Shown here one piece after another: positions 33,901 through 44,816 of a stretch of 64,000 bases of DNA. Where the stretch lies: the NCBI RefSeq assembly GCF_028641065.1, contig NC_073401.1:15748001-15812000 (forward strand). Direction: 5' to 3'. The stretch's first letter is position 1. Each line of letters starts with the position of its first letter. Position numbers and translations under genes: made by a program. The DNA comes from Leucoraja erinacea (taxonomy: Eukaryota). The notes below the pieces were generated by a model, which worked only from the letters and a program-made list of their open reading frames with translations, ran no database searches and was not told the DNA's origin.

Positions 33901-36900
33901 ACCTCTTAGGTCTTGTAAATTCGGCTTTTATTAAAAGTGTAATGTCACACTCTTGAATAAATATTTCATTAAATGTTCACTTTTCCTGCTCTATCCACAG
34001 TGAAGCAGATGTGATGCTAATGTGCATTTGAGATGAGTTTACTGGGTCTTTGTGTCCTGCAGCATCCCCTCACTAATCCTCTCCATTTCCCCATAGTCTT
34101 AACATTATGTGGAATAGAAGCATTTATTTTTCTTCGGGCCTCCAAAGCACATGACCGAATTCATACCCAAAGACATTGTGTAAATGTTCTCCCCTGTCAA
34201 TGACTCAATTGACAGGTACAGTGCTCTTTCCAGTGTACCTGAATGAATAGGGTTATGTTGCATTACATGTGAATATAAAACTATAGTAGGTGTTTCAGGA
34301 CACTCTTCTTTTTGTTTAGGTTATAGTGCACCCATTGCACCTCAGGCTTACAGCCAACCTGTGCAGGCTTACAGTACAACTGGGTATGACAGCACTGGTA
34401 CGGCTCAAGCTACATACGGTCAGCAACCAACCTATGGTCAACAACCCACCTATGCTGCATATGGGCAGCACACAGCCACGTCTGTTGCACCTACCAGGTA
34501 TAAATATATGTATGTAGTTTATGTGAATGGAATGGGTGAGAAGGGTGTTTTTATTTAAAAATGTAGATTTTCACATGGGTCCGTCCAGCTGATGTGCCTA
34601 CGTGTTTGACATCTTTTAAATGTTTATCGTTTGTTCAACTATGCTGAATTCAAATTTGATTAATGAGTATTGCATTGTTTGTAAATGGCTCATGGCCCAG
34701 ATAACCTATTTAGGCTATATTTTTGAGAGGTCAAACAAAATTGACTGATTTTTGTCATTTTTGTTAAGATACATTGGTAAGTATTCAAAATATATTTTCA
34801 ATCACACGCCTTCCTTGAACTTGAGAACATAGTAAGAAAACTGCCATGCATGTTAACCCACAATTGAGAATTGTGATTCGTCATTTTCAGAAGCTTTAGC
34901 AACCTGGGCTAGATCTATAATGTATTTTTAACTGCTGCTTTGTTAAATATACAACATTCAATTGGATTAAAAAAAATGTTCTATTAAAATCTACAACCAT
35001 ACTGTACATCACGTTCCATGTTTTGTCTTTTATGCTTCCTCCAGTGTATACCATTTTGCTTTGCCTCCCTTGTATTTTCCCACCACACCCTGTTGTCCAA
35101 CCCAAGTAAATGTTAACTTTAAAGTAAAGCAGACTTTCCTAATTGCTGACTTAAATTTCAGAGCACAGGATACGACCAAGCAAGATGATTACAGCCAGCC
35201 AAGTACTGGGTATGCTCAATCCAATGTGGGATACAGCCAGACAAGTTATGGATACCCTCAAATGAGTGTTCATGGATCTTATCCTCTTCAGCCTCCCACT
35301 GCTCCCCCATCTTTTCCTCCCACGAGGTAATTGTTTTGTGACTGATCTGATCCAAGGGTTTTCTACATCATAATGGGTGGGGTGGGAGAAGATACTAAGA
35401 TCTGATGTCAGATTAGTTTCCACCATTGTGTCATTTGTTTAACACTGGAGAGAAAATGTCACTTTTTTAGTAGAAAATATACAAGAAACCAATTGGTGCC
35501 TTTAAAACCAGAATTTTGTTTACTATAATAGATTTCAGGAAGTACTTTAAAACTAATCTTGTGACTTGTGACCTTTGGTTATCAAACCACTTGCCATCAA
35601 CTTCTTTTAATAGTTACAGTAGCACCACTCAACCAACTGCATATGATCAGAGTTCCTACAGCCAGCAGGCAAGTTATGGACAAGGGAGTAGCTATGCACC
35701 ACCACCACCCCCAACTGGAGGATACAGCCAGCAGCAACCGCCTACAGGGTTTGGTCAGCAGTCTAGCTATGGACAGCAAACAGACTATAGCAAACAAAGC
35801 CAGTACAGTAAGTTCTACTTTTGTATTTCAGTAAGTTGGGCCTAATGACATGGCCAAATAGTCAGCTTGAATTTGCATAGCAGACTGGAAAAAGCAACAA
35901 AAAAAAAAACTGAAGCAAAGGAGTAAATGATGGCTAGAATTTGGGTTGTTTACAATGGAATGGCTATGATCATGTCAATTGGCTATCTCTATCACCTGTT
36001 GATAGTTGATGTTCACTTCTAAATGTTCTAATTGTCATGACTCGGAATAATCCTAACTAATTAATTAAATGTCGCTTAGGTTCCTATAGACAGGAGCAAC
36101 CATCCACTAATAACATGAGTGGGTATGGACAAGACCAGAGTAGCTATGGAACCTCGACCAGTAGCTCTGACACCCGGAGCAGAAGTCGTGGAAGCTATGA
36201 TCAAGGAAGCCGAGGAAGTAGTTACAGTAGAGGTGGTCGGAGTGGACGTGGTGCCATGGGGTAAGATGACTGCTTCCTTTTAGAGAGATTAATACAAAAA
36301 ATCACCCCAGAATAAGTTACCAGTACAGGGCTGAAAATGTTAGGCTGATTTTTAACAAAAAATAACCCTTTGGGTTTAACTGGATACTCCCAAATGCCTG
36401 TATTGGGGTTACGAGGAGCCAGATGCCCAATGTAAAGTTTGCTTTTAAATTCAATATCTAAATGGATACGATCTTTATTTTTAAATCCATAAATCCATGG
36501 CCCATTTTATTTTATTTTTTTAAAGAAAAACCATCATCCTGAACTTTAATGCAAAATTATTTGTTTTCAGCCCTGCTAATTTTCCAAAGGCAATGTCCAA
36601 TTTCTGTGGTATAACTTGCATATAATCGTAATCTCTGTACCATGTCTGAAGTAATGTAAGTATTCGGATAAAACTGGGTGTAACTTTAATTTCCTTTCGA
36701 GTATGCTCCATTTTTCCAAATTTATAAAATTTATAGTTTGGAATGGGATTTGGTTAAAACCTTTTAAATCCAACTCCAATTGGTGTTCCAAGAAGTTTGT
36801 GGTGATCATGCGCAAGATGTGAATTTGAGGGAGGTTAACTTTAAACAGCATTTGCTCCACAGAATATGACATTGCCTTTCTATGTGAAACCTTTAATCCT

Positions 36901-37881
36901 CAGATACGTTGTGTTAAATTGTCCTTCCGTTTCTCTTTAAATGTTTTTCAAGATAGGTGAGAACATAAATGTTTATAATGTTTATATGCGGAGTATCTTT
37001 CAAAGATCACTACACAATCTTATTAATAATTTGGGAAGGAAACGTTGTTTCATTAGGGTGGTTTTCTTAAAACATTTCTTTAAATTGCCATTGTGGTGCA
37101 GTTTATAAATTGGTCTTGTCATTATTTGGAGCCTGAGGTACAAACATGTGGTAGTAAATGTATTTAGTTTAAGCTAGCATAGGCTTTGCATTATGCATAT
37201 GCCATGTTTCAATTGATATTGGATGTAGCAATTTTTGAAAGTTGGACTCCATGTGGACAGTTTTGTTTTTGTTGCTAACACCCCCCCAAAGCAGAAATAT
37301 AATTGCTGCACTTAATTTAGGAGAATATGATAAAGGTTTCACTTCAACATCTGGAAGTTTTGATATTTTAAGTTAATGGGGTTTCCATTTGCCAGGGTGC
37401 TATGGCCTTTATATTATTTAATGTTATGAATAATAACCAATTTAGTTGAACTTAAGTAATTTGTGTGTTTTCCTTAATGTTGGCAATGGAAACCCTATAG
37501 TCATTGCGTTTTAAGACTCCATTGTACTTGTATAGTAATCAACAAGGGAGCTGAAAGCATTATCGGGATATGCCTTGTAATAGGCAGGGTCAGTGGAAAA
37601 TGGGGATTCCTTTACTATATTGTCTTTCAATTTGAACTTGCCAGTAAGAGTTTTTAAACATGTTGCCTTTCATTGCATTTTGTTTATATAAACAAAAAAA
37701 AGACTGATTCACGAAGAATCACTTTAATTTCAAATGGGCAAAAATGCACCAAAAGCAATGCCTGGCAGTGATTGCCAATGCTAAATTTGATTTAAGTAGA
37801 TGACGATTTGTGCGTGAGGGCTATTTCTAAAATGCTTATGGGTTGGAAGTTTGCTCCCTATTGTGTGCTGTTGTGCCATTT

Positions 37882-37915
<34 letters not shown>

Positions 37916-40900
37916 TATAGCTGGCCTTGAATTACTTGGGGTATAGGGAGAGAATGTTGGGCTGGGGTTAGTTTCATTAGCCATCCTCACTGTTACTATG
38001 AGCTGTAAATATCTAGGACCAATCAGACTGTGCCCCTGAACTTTGCTGATTGAATGAAGGGTAGCCACTTGGATGCTGCATCGGAGAGCAGCTGATCCCA
38101 TAACAGAATGTCGATCATCCCCCTTTCTGAAATAGAGAATCTTATGGATGCTGCTCGTATTGTTAGAAAAAGTGTTTTGCTTCAGAGCCCTTGCTGAGAT
38201 TTGAGGTTCCGCATTTACAAATTGATGGGTACTCATTCTCTGATTCCACTGACCCTGGCAACTTAATGCTATTTGGTGGTCATTAGTGTGTTATAGTCTA
38301 GTGACTTTAGCATCCTCATTAAATGCAGTTTTGGCACTTGAGTGGATTGGGTAATAGTCTCAAATCTATTCTATATCCCACCATACACATTTTTGTGTTT
38401 CATTTGTAATTGCTAAAATGCTATCAAATGGTATTGGGAATCCACAAGCTGCCAATACAGCATTCAAAACTGATAAAGGTAAGTATCCTGTTTTTCTGTG
38501 TACAAAGGTAGAAAAACAAAGTAGATCCAAACTTGGATCTGAAAATGCCTGCAACCCCTCAAATTTGTTCAGTTGTGATAAAGACACATAAATGGATGTG
38601 TTTTGATGTCCTTCCCAGTAAGGGTGTAATAAACTAAATCACTTGTTAAATACAATACTTCAAAATGATGGGCATGTGGTTTCCCGTGTTGACAACTGTA
38701 CTGAATCTAAAACAGTCCAGATTGAAAGTATTGGTAACTTGTGATATTAAATAAGCTACTGGGCTGTTTTTGAAATAACACATGGGTAAACGGATAGATG
38801 TCTGGTTGAACTGCAAGCTGCTGAATTTTGCCTTCACCCTGTGGTGGGGTGGGAAATCAGTTGGAGATTTCTTTATAAATCATGGGAGGGAAATATGGAT
38901 GTCATTTATGGAGTGGAATAGGCTCTGGTGCAAAAGCATTTCGTGGTTGAACGGTTTGCCCTGCATGTAACTTTATAGTGACGTCCACAGCACTTGTGGA
39001 TCTGTATACCAATATGATCCATTGATTTTGCCTTGAATAGGGTAAAACTGTTACTTCTCTCCATTCATAAATCATCTGTTATCATTTGATAACTCAAATA
39101 GTTTTGAGTTTGGAGCCGGTCTAATGCTCCTAGGTGGGTCCAGCTAGGATTCAAAATGACACCTTTACTAAACTTTTACAAATTGCTGTATTAAAACCAT
39201 CCTTTACTGGCATCTCGTACCGGACCCATATCGCTCAATCTGTGATTTGAATTGTTGAATGCTTGATAGTTCAATCATTATACAGTTGCCTGTTTCTACT
39301 ATTTTAAACATTGAACTAAATGCAAGTCTGAAACCCTTAAGCTGGGAGTCTGAAACCTTGCGTTATATTATAATCATGCAGTGGGTGGAAAATATGTGCC
39401 ATTTTAATGGTAACTTGATCACAGGGAGTTTGTCTGGTGTTGAGATGCACAGGAGTTATTGATGATCCATTCATTTGCTTACTACCTTGTGGACAAGGTC
39501 TAACTAACCCCGCATTTGTGTCCCAAAGTAAAATGCTATTTTCAATGAGATGCTGTAATTGGGCTTTACCACTTTTGCAATTGAACATTGAAGTTCAAAC
39601 AGCTGTGCCGGCATGAGTCAATTAGTGCATATGTATTTGGTACATTAGTTTATCGTAAGTGCTGCATTCTGAGCACCTCGCAAAGAATGCCCATAAATGG
39701 TATCACATTTTGACTAAAATCTTTTCAGTCCTCCTGATAACTAACTGGTTGATTACCTCATCACCAAACCCCAAATCTGGATCTTCAGCTTAGATGTAAC
39801 TTTTAGTCTGCTTTTCAAAGTTAGGTTTGGCCGTTTAAATTATGGGATGAAATGACAATATAAAAACATCCGAGTAGAAAGGTTGAGTACTGTATTGACT
39901 AACTTTTTAATGACCATAGAATTATTAAGAACGTAAATCTCTGCTTGGGTGGAAAGGGATTCTTCCACATTTTACCTGGGTTGAATGTAATTATTTCATT
40001 TAGAGAATGGGGTAGTAAATATAGATTTTTTTTTTAATGATGGGCTGGAAAATGGTGATTGTAGTAGTAAACGCTTAGTAAGGCAGTGAGGAGTTTGCAA
40101 CTTTTGTTACATTTGTTCTTCTGTGGAAGAATTTAACTGTACAGAGCCTAAGCAGTACGATACTGCTTTCACTCCCTTGTTTGCAGGTAAGTATTAGAAT
40201 GTAGATTTAATAATGCCAATACAGTATTTATTTTTAAATGCTTGAATTTGGAAACTATGTTAACATGCTTTGTCGCATTTATATGCTACAGGTTACAAAG
40301 TGAGAGCCTTGTTTACACTTCAATACTTTAAACTATTTTGACTGAGCCGACAGCATATTGAAAAGTGGGACTAGACACGTTTTCTACATATGTATGGACA
40401 AAAAAATGTGTATGGTGTATGCAAGTGGAGTAATACATAAAAGCATGGTATTGTACACTTGTAATGTAAACATGGTATTTATTATTTACAGTAATATGTA
40501 ATTTATTTGGAACGTAAAAGAATAATGTAAAACTAATGTAATGGTTGCTTATCAGTTCTGTTATAACTGCATGCACCAACTTTAGCTCTTGAGATCCTGT
40601 TACTGGCAAGTCAAACAGTGAAGGTGTATATGGTTTTTGAGGGTGTACTAAATAAAGCTTTAGGAGAACTTCTATGAAGAAAGGCAAACTCGCAGATGAA
40701 AACTGGTGAAACTTCAGAGGCCTCAGCCAGTGCTTTAAAAGAGGCACGAGTTTCATCATTGAGCCTTAGGCTCAGCTGGTACTGGCACAAGGGATGCTTC
40801 ATTTCTTCATATTTGTCCCTGCAGCGGTGTCGACCGGGGTGGCTTCAGTAAGCCTGGTGGTAAGTTTTTAGTATTAAAATGGTTAGTCAAATACATTGTG

Positions 40901-43900
40901 TTTGCAGTCTGTGATTCGGGGAAATCTTTTTTGCATAGTAAAATTTACCCGTTTACAAAATTCAGCACTTGTGTCAACTGCTGGCAATAAAGTGGGCTTG
41001 AGTTAAAATGGGTTTCAGATTACCTGATACAGTGGTGAATATGGATGTATAAAGTGAATAATCACTTGAGTGATGGGTTTTTCAATAAAATGGGTTTCAA
41101 TTTACCTGATGCTGGTGGTGTCTTAACGCATAAAAGTGAGTAAACGCTTAAGTGAGGGTTTTGCGTTAAAATGGGTTTCAGAATCATGCTGGTTATGACT
41201 ATAGAAAGTGAATAACCACTCAAAGTGGTAAAACACAAAATGGTTTATTAAAAATTAAATGGGGGATTTTTTTTAAAAGTAAAATTGTAATTTTAAATTT
41301 TACACTGAAGATTTTCACATGGTGTGGTCTTGCATTTGCAGTGCATCTCAGTTGAATGAATTACCAAAAAAAAAGGTGCTGGAATTATAGATCTAGATGT
41401 TTAAAGGTAGTGGTTCAGTGGAATGCAAAATAATGTTGTTCTTTTTTTTCTTCTCGATTCAGTAACAGCAGTAGAAGAAACTCAGGAGCCTGAACCAGGT
41501 AATGATTATTTTTTTCTACAATGTCCTTGTAATGCATGTGTCTTGGTGCGTCCCAACTAAATAGCATGCTTTAATACGTTCTTTACCTTGCTCGTGGCAA
41601 TTGAGGAAGCCTGTGGATATGGGAAAATTGTCACAAGCCATTTTGAAGTTGTCTCTAGAACATCCTATTCCTTGCAGCCAACTTGCTTTGATTTGCTTGC
41701 ATCGAGTAATCGGTTTGCCAAGGAAGATTTGGAAAAATCAAACCAATTTTAGGGTTATTTCATTCATTTTCCTACCTTGAGGCTCAGTCACTAACTGTAG
41801 TCATCTCCTTACTATATTATGTAAATGTTTTAGAATTTTTTTACATGTCGAGAACTTTGCTTATCTTGGCCATAACCTTTGCACTTAAGTTTAAGGTTCT
41901 TTTTGTATGGAAATTGCCGATTGGTAACAAATCAAAATGCAAATGATATATTGACCTTTGTTTCCAGAAATTTCTGTGTAAGAATGTTATTTCCCTCAAT
42001 TATTTGGGACTGACATGCCATAGCAAGGATTTTGTTTACTATTTTGGTATCATTGTCTGAAAAATGTGGTATATTTGCTATAAAGAGACTGCAGCCAAAA
42101 TCGCTGACATGTAGATATGTCACGAGAACAGTAAAGATCAGCCATCTTGAATCCTGACATGCACTCCAGGAAATTAGTATCCTACTGCTGCTGTTCCTTT
42201 CTGTTCTCCACATACATTCAATTTATGGAATTTAAAATTGTTAGACCTTTCTTGCTGGGCAGTTATTCTCCTTTGGTGAGAAATTCATTAATGTTTTATT
42301 TTGATTTTTTTTTTTTTTTTTTTTGCAGTTACTGCAGCTGAACCACCACCCCCACCTCCTGCTCCTGCTCCCGCTCCTACCCCAACCCCAACTCCGACTA
42401 CAACTTCAGCCCCGCAGGAAGATGTGGAGAATGATACCATATATGTGCAAGGTTTGGGGGAAAATATAACTCCAGAAAGGCTTTTGGATTTCTTTAAGCA
42501 AACTGGTGCTATAAAGGTTTGTGTTGATGTGTATTATTGACGGAATGATTTTATGGGTTTTTTTTTAAGTTTGATAATAACTTCACTATTCTACATGGGT
42601 AGATCAACAAACGAACTGGGCAGCCTATGATCAACATATTCATTGACAAAGAGACTGGGAAACCCAAAGGTGAAGCCAGAGTGTCATATGATGACCCTCC
42701 CGCTGCTAAGGCTGCTCTGGAATGGTTTGATGGTAGGTATTATGCTCTTTATAATGCACAATGATATTTTTTCAATTGTGCTGCATTAATAATTTCTATT
42801 CCTTTTTAGGAAAGGAGTTTGACACAAACCCAATCAAGGTTACTATGGCCAAAAAAAAGCAGCCACCTCAGCCCCAGCTCCAGCAGCCACCACCACCATT
42901 GTCCTTCAACAATATGCGAGGAAACTCTTCCCTCCGTGACGGCAGAGGCGGTGGACCTCCTGGTCGAGGAGGTGAGAACCTTCACTACAGACCAGGTAAT
43001 ATTATTTTTTGCTTTTTGTCATGGGGCATGGACACGTACTTCGGTTTGCTTTAATGATAAATTAGGTCAAGTAGTCCTTTACTGTTTTTGCAGTATTTGA
43101 GCTGGGGTGCTGATCTGGATTGTAGTCCTCCATACAGTCTCCTCAATAAATATTTGGCCTCTAATGTTATTTGAATTATTCTTAATGCTGAAGCTGTCAA
43201 TTGAGGTATTCATTCTGCTTTCCAAAATTGTATCTGATCCCATTGATCAATATTTTACAATGATTGCGTTTTCGGAAGAACATCACATTGTTATATTGTA
43301 AAATAGGATTGGATGCACCTTCCCCCCCCCCCCCCAATGTTGTGCTGTCTTCCAGCTTTACGTTACCTTTCAAGCAAACTAAACAATAGTCCTCCATGTC
43401 AAATAACCTGTGTTTGCATGATGAAATATTGTCTTCAAACGGTTCTAAGCAAATCACTAGAGCCAGCATGTGCTGAGATCTTGTATCAAATACCTACAGC
43501 CTAAATTGTAGCTTTTTAATTTTGAGATTTTGGTTCATGTGAATAAATATTTAAACTACTTAAATTGGGTTATTCTGTGTAATTAAGTCAAAGTTACAGC
43601 ATTATTGGTTCTTTTCTGTAGCATGAAATTTAATCAGGTGACTTTTAGTGGTGATGTGTGCTTTGAGCTAATTATAGAGACTAGTGGGAATTTTTCCATT
43701 GCCCTGTTGGCTGACATGTCCTGTTCCTGTGGCTTCCATTGCAGGTCCGATGAGCCGTGGCGGGGGAGGATTTGGTGGGCGAGGTGGGCCACGCGGACGC
43801 GGTGGGCCTTCCGGAGGAAATACACAGCAGAGAGCCGGTGACTGGAGATGTCCTAACCCGTATGTTATGCTTGGTTTCAGCATTTTATTCAGAGATTTTA

Positions 43901-44816
43901 TTGGTCTGATGGTGCAATTGTCTGGATGTAATGTATGTTTTTATTTATAGAACATGTGGAAATTCTAACTTTGCCTGGCGAACTGAATGTAACCAATGTA
44001 AGGCTCCAAAGCCGGATGGCCCTCTCCCACCACCATTCCCCCCTGGTGAGTTAATTATTGTTAATTATAAGTTCTCTTGGGTCTGTAATGCACAGGGTGG
44101 AGAGTTTCTGTTCATTTTTAGTATAATGGTTGAACCTAACTATGTTGCATTTGTAGGTGACCGTGGTAGAGGTGGTCCCATGATGCGTGGTGGCCGTGGT
44201 ATGGATCGCGGGGGTTTCAGAGGAACCCGCGGAGGGGATCGTGGTGGCTTCCGAGGAGGACGTGGTGGTGATCGGGGTGGCTTCAGAGGTGGAAGAGGAG
44301 GAATGATTGGAGGTCCCCCAATGGGCGAACTTATGGGTTTCAGAGGTGGACGTGGTGGACCAGGAAAAATGGATAGGAAGTAAGTTAACTGGTATCTCAA
44401 CACTTCTACAAGAACATTTTTATATGATTGTGGAACCCGCGTTTTTTTAGGCTGCCCTGTTTCTTGGATGTCTTCTAGAAACACGCCACTGTAGCTCCAC
44501 TGAGGCAGCACAGTGGCGTAGCTGGTAGAGCTGCTGCCTCACAGCGCCAGAGACCCGGATTCAATTCAGACCTCGGTTGCCGTTTGTGTGGAGTTAATTG
44601 GTCTCTCATTTGCCCCTGGTGCGTAGGGAGTTGAAGGAGATAGTCGGATAACAGAAGTAGTGTGAACTGATGATAACTGGTTAGCTTTGGTCGAAGAGCC
44701 TGATTCCATTTTACATTGTTACACTATGATTTGTTGCTCTTTTATGTGAATTGCTAATGGGCTTTCTTCTCTTTAGGGGTGATCGTCGCCAGGACCGTCG
44801 GGAGAGACCATATTGA
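27931..44816 (+). CDS. EWSR1: RNA-binding protein EWS (FET family), 17 coding exons, 1968 nt, 655 aa
   Basis: All 17 exons join in frame with GT-AG ends. [18 protein letters not shown] start, SYGQ-rich low-complexity domain, RGG boxes, RRM (IYVQGL...[15 protein letters not shown]), RanBP2 zinc finger ([25 protein letters not shown]), PY-NLS (RQDRRERPY*). Confidence 0.97.
31134..31170 (+). CDS. EWSR1: EWSR1 exon 2 ([13 protein letters not shown])
   Basis: Long pyrimidine tract then tag|, 37 nt, |gtaagt. Confidence 0.95.
33045..33096 (+). CDS. EWSR1: EWSR1 exon 3 ([17 protein letters not shown])
   Basis: ctccag|, 52 nt, |gtaaga. Confidence 0.95.
33245..33368 (+). CDS. EWSR1: EWSR1 exon 4 ([15 protein letters not shown]...YGQPQT)
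   Basis: atag|, 124 nt, |gtaagg. Confidence 0.95.
33466..33480 (+). CDS. EWSR1: Probable alternative 15-nt EWSR1 microexon (EGTSA)
   Basis: Pyrimidine tract then tag|AAGGGACAAGTGCAG|gttaga; frame-preserving; resembles the mammalian neural (V)EGTST insert (recalled). Confidence 0.75.
34320..34497 (+). CDS. EWSR1: EWSR1 exon 5 ([16 protein letters not shown]...VAPT)
   Basis: tttag|, 178 nt, |gtataa. Confidence 0.93.
35162..35326 (+). CDS. EWSR1: EWSR1 exon 6 (RAQDTTKQ...PPSFPPT)
   Basis: tttcag|, 165 nt, |gtaatt. Confidence 0.93.
35614..35807 (+). CDS. EWSR1: EWSR1 exon 7 ([16 protein letters not shown]...SKQSQY)
   Basis: aatag|, 194 nt, |gtaagt. Confidence 0.92.
36080..36260 (+). CDS. EWSR1: EWSR1 exon 8 (SSYRQEQP...[11 protein letters not shown])
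   Basis: cttag|, 181 nt, |gtaaga. Confidence 0.93.
37886..37913 (+). repeat. A28 homopolymer in EWSR1 intron 8
   Basis: Seen directly. Confidence 0.9.
40292..40680 (+). other. EWSR1: Probable alternative terminal exon in EWSR1 intron 8 ([18 protein letters not shown] 40651-40656; 3' end approximate)
   Basis: gctacag| acceptor in phase with exon 8; peptide matches the recalled C-terminus of the human short EWS isoform; many TGTA motifs upstream of AATAAA. Confidence 0.75.
40825..40859 (+). CDS. EWSR1: EWSR1 exon 9 ([11 protein letters not shown])
   Basis: ccctgcag|, 35 nt, |gtaagt. Confidence 0.93.
41004..41250 (+). repeat. Degenerate ~82-nt tandem repeat (3 copies) in EWSR1 intron 9
   Basis: TAAAATGGGTTTCA at 41004, 41086 and 41167, each followed by AAAGTGARTAA. 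Confidence 0.85.
41463..41498 (+). CDS. EWSR1: EWSR1 exon 10 ([12 protein letters not shown])
   Basis: Strong pyrimidine tract then cag|, 36 nt, CAG|gtaatg; phase 1-1; several in-frame downstream AGs make the exact start uncertain. Confidence 0.8.
42329..42516 (+). CDS. EWSR1: EWSR1 exon 11 (Pro/Ala/Thr linker and RRM start)
   Basis: Poly-T then gcag|, 188 nt, AAG|gtttgt. Confidence 0.92.
42603..42732 (+). CDS. EWSR1: EWSR1 exon 12 (RRM: [43 protein letters not shown])
   Basis: tag|, 130 nt, |gtaggt. Confidence 0.96.
42810..42971 (+). CDS. EWSR1: EWSR1 exon 13 ([16 protein letters not shown]...PPGRG)
   Basis: ttttag|, 162 nt, |gtgaga. Confidence 0.93.
43745..43859 (+). CDS. EWSR1: EWSR1 exon 14 (RGG2 and zinc-finger start)
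   Basis: tgcag|, 115 nt, |gtatgt. Confidence 0.92.
43951..44045 (+). CDS. EWSR1: EWSR1 exon 15 (RanBP2-type zinc finger)
   Basis: ttatag|, 95 nt, |gtgagt. Confidence 0.95.
44157..44379 (+). CDS. EWSR1: EWSR1 exon 16 (RGG3)
   Basis: ttgtag|, 223 nt, DRGGFRGG repeats, |gtaagt. Confidence 0.94.
44503..44720 (+). mobile_element. HE1-type SINE in EWSR1 intron 16
   Basis: A box tggcgtagctgg, gctgctgcctcacagcgccagagacccggattcaattc (B box). Confidence 0.8.
44777..44816 (+). CDS. EWSR1: EWSR1 exon 17 coding part ([17 protein letters not shown])
   Basis: ctctttag|, TGA at 44814-44816. Confidence 0.95.

Noticed and set aside
34213-34241. 8-bp inverted repeat CAGGTACA/TGTACCTG in intron 4
   Set aside because: Short and isolated; compatible with chance
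41004-41250. CRISPR-like repeat-spacer reading of the ~82-nt periodicity
   Set aside because: Eukaryotic intron; the apparent spacers are homologous to each other and there are no cas genes
41311-41390. Possible extra exon in intron 9 (ctgaag|ATTTTCACATGG...)
   Set aside because: Weak AAG acceptor, poor pyrimidine tract and no good donor
44140-44511. Pro/Arg-rich minus-strand ORF
   Set aside because: Antisense mirror of the RGG-coding exon 16
27944-44776. Intronic snoRNA or miRNA in EWSR1
   Set aside because: I saw no convincing C/D box pair with a terminal stem and no long hairpin by eye; an Infernal/Rfam scan is needed to exclude them
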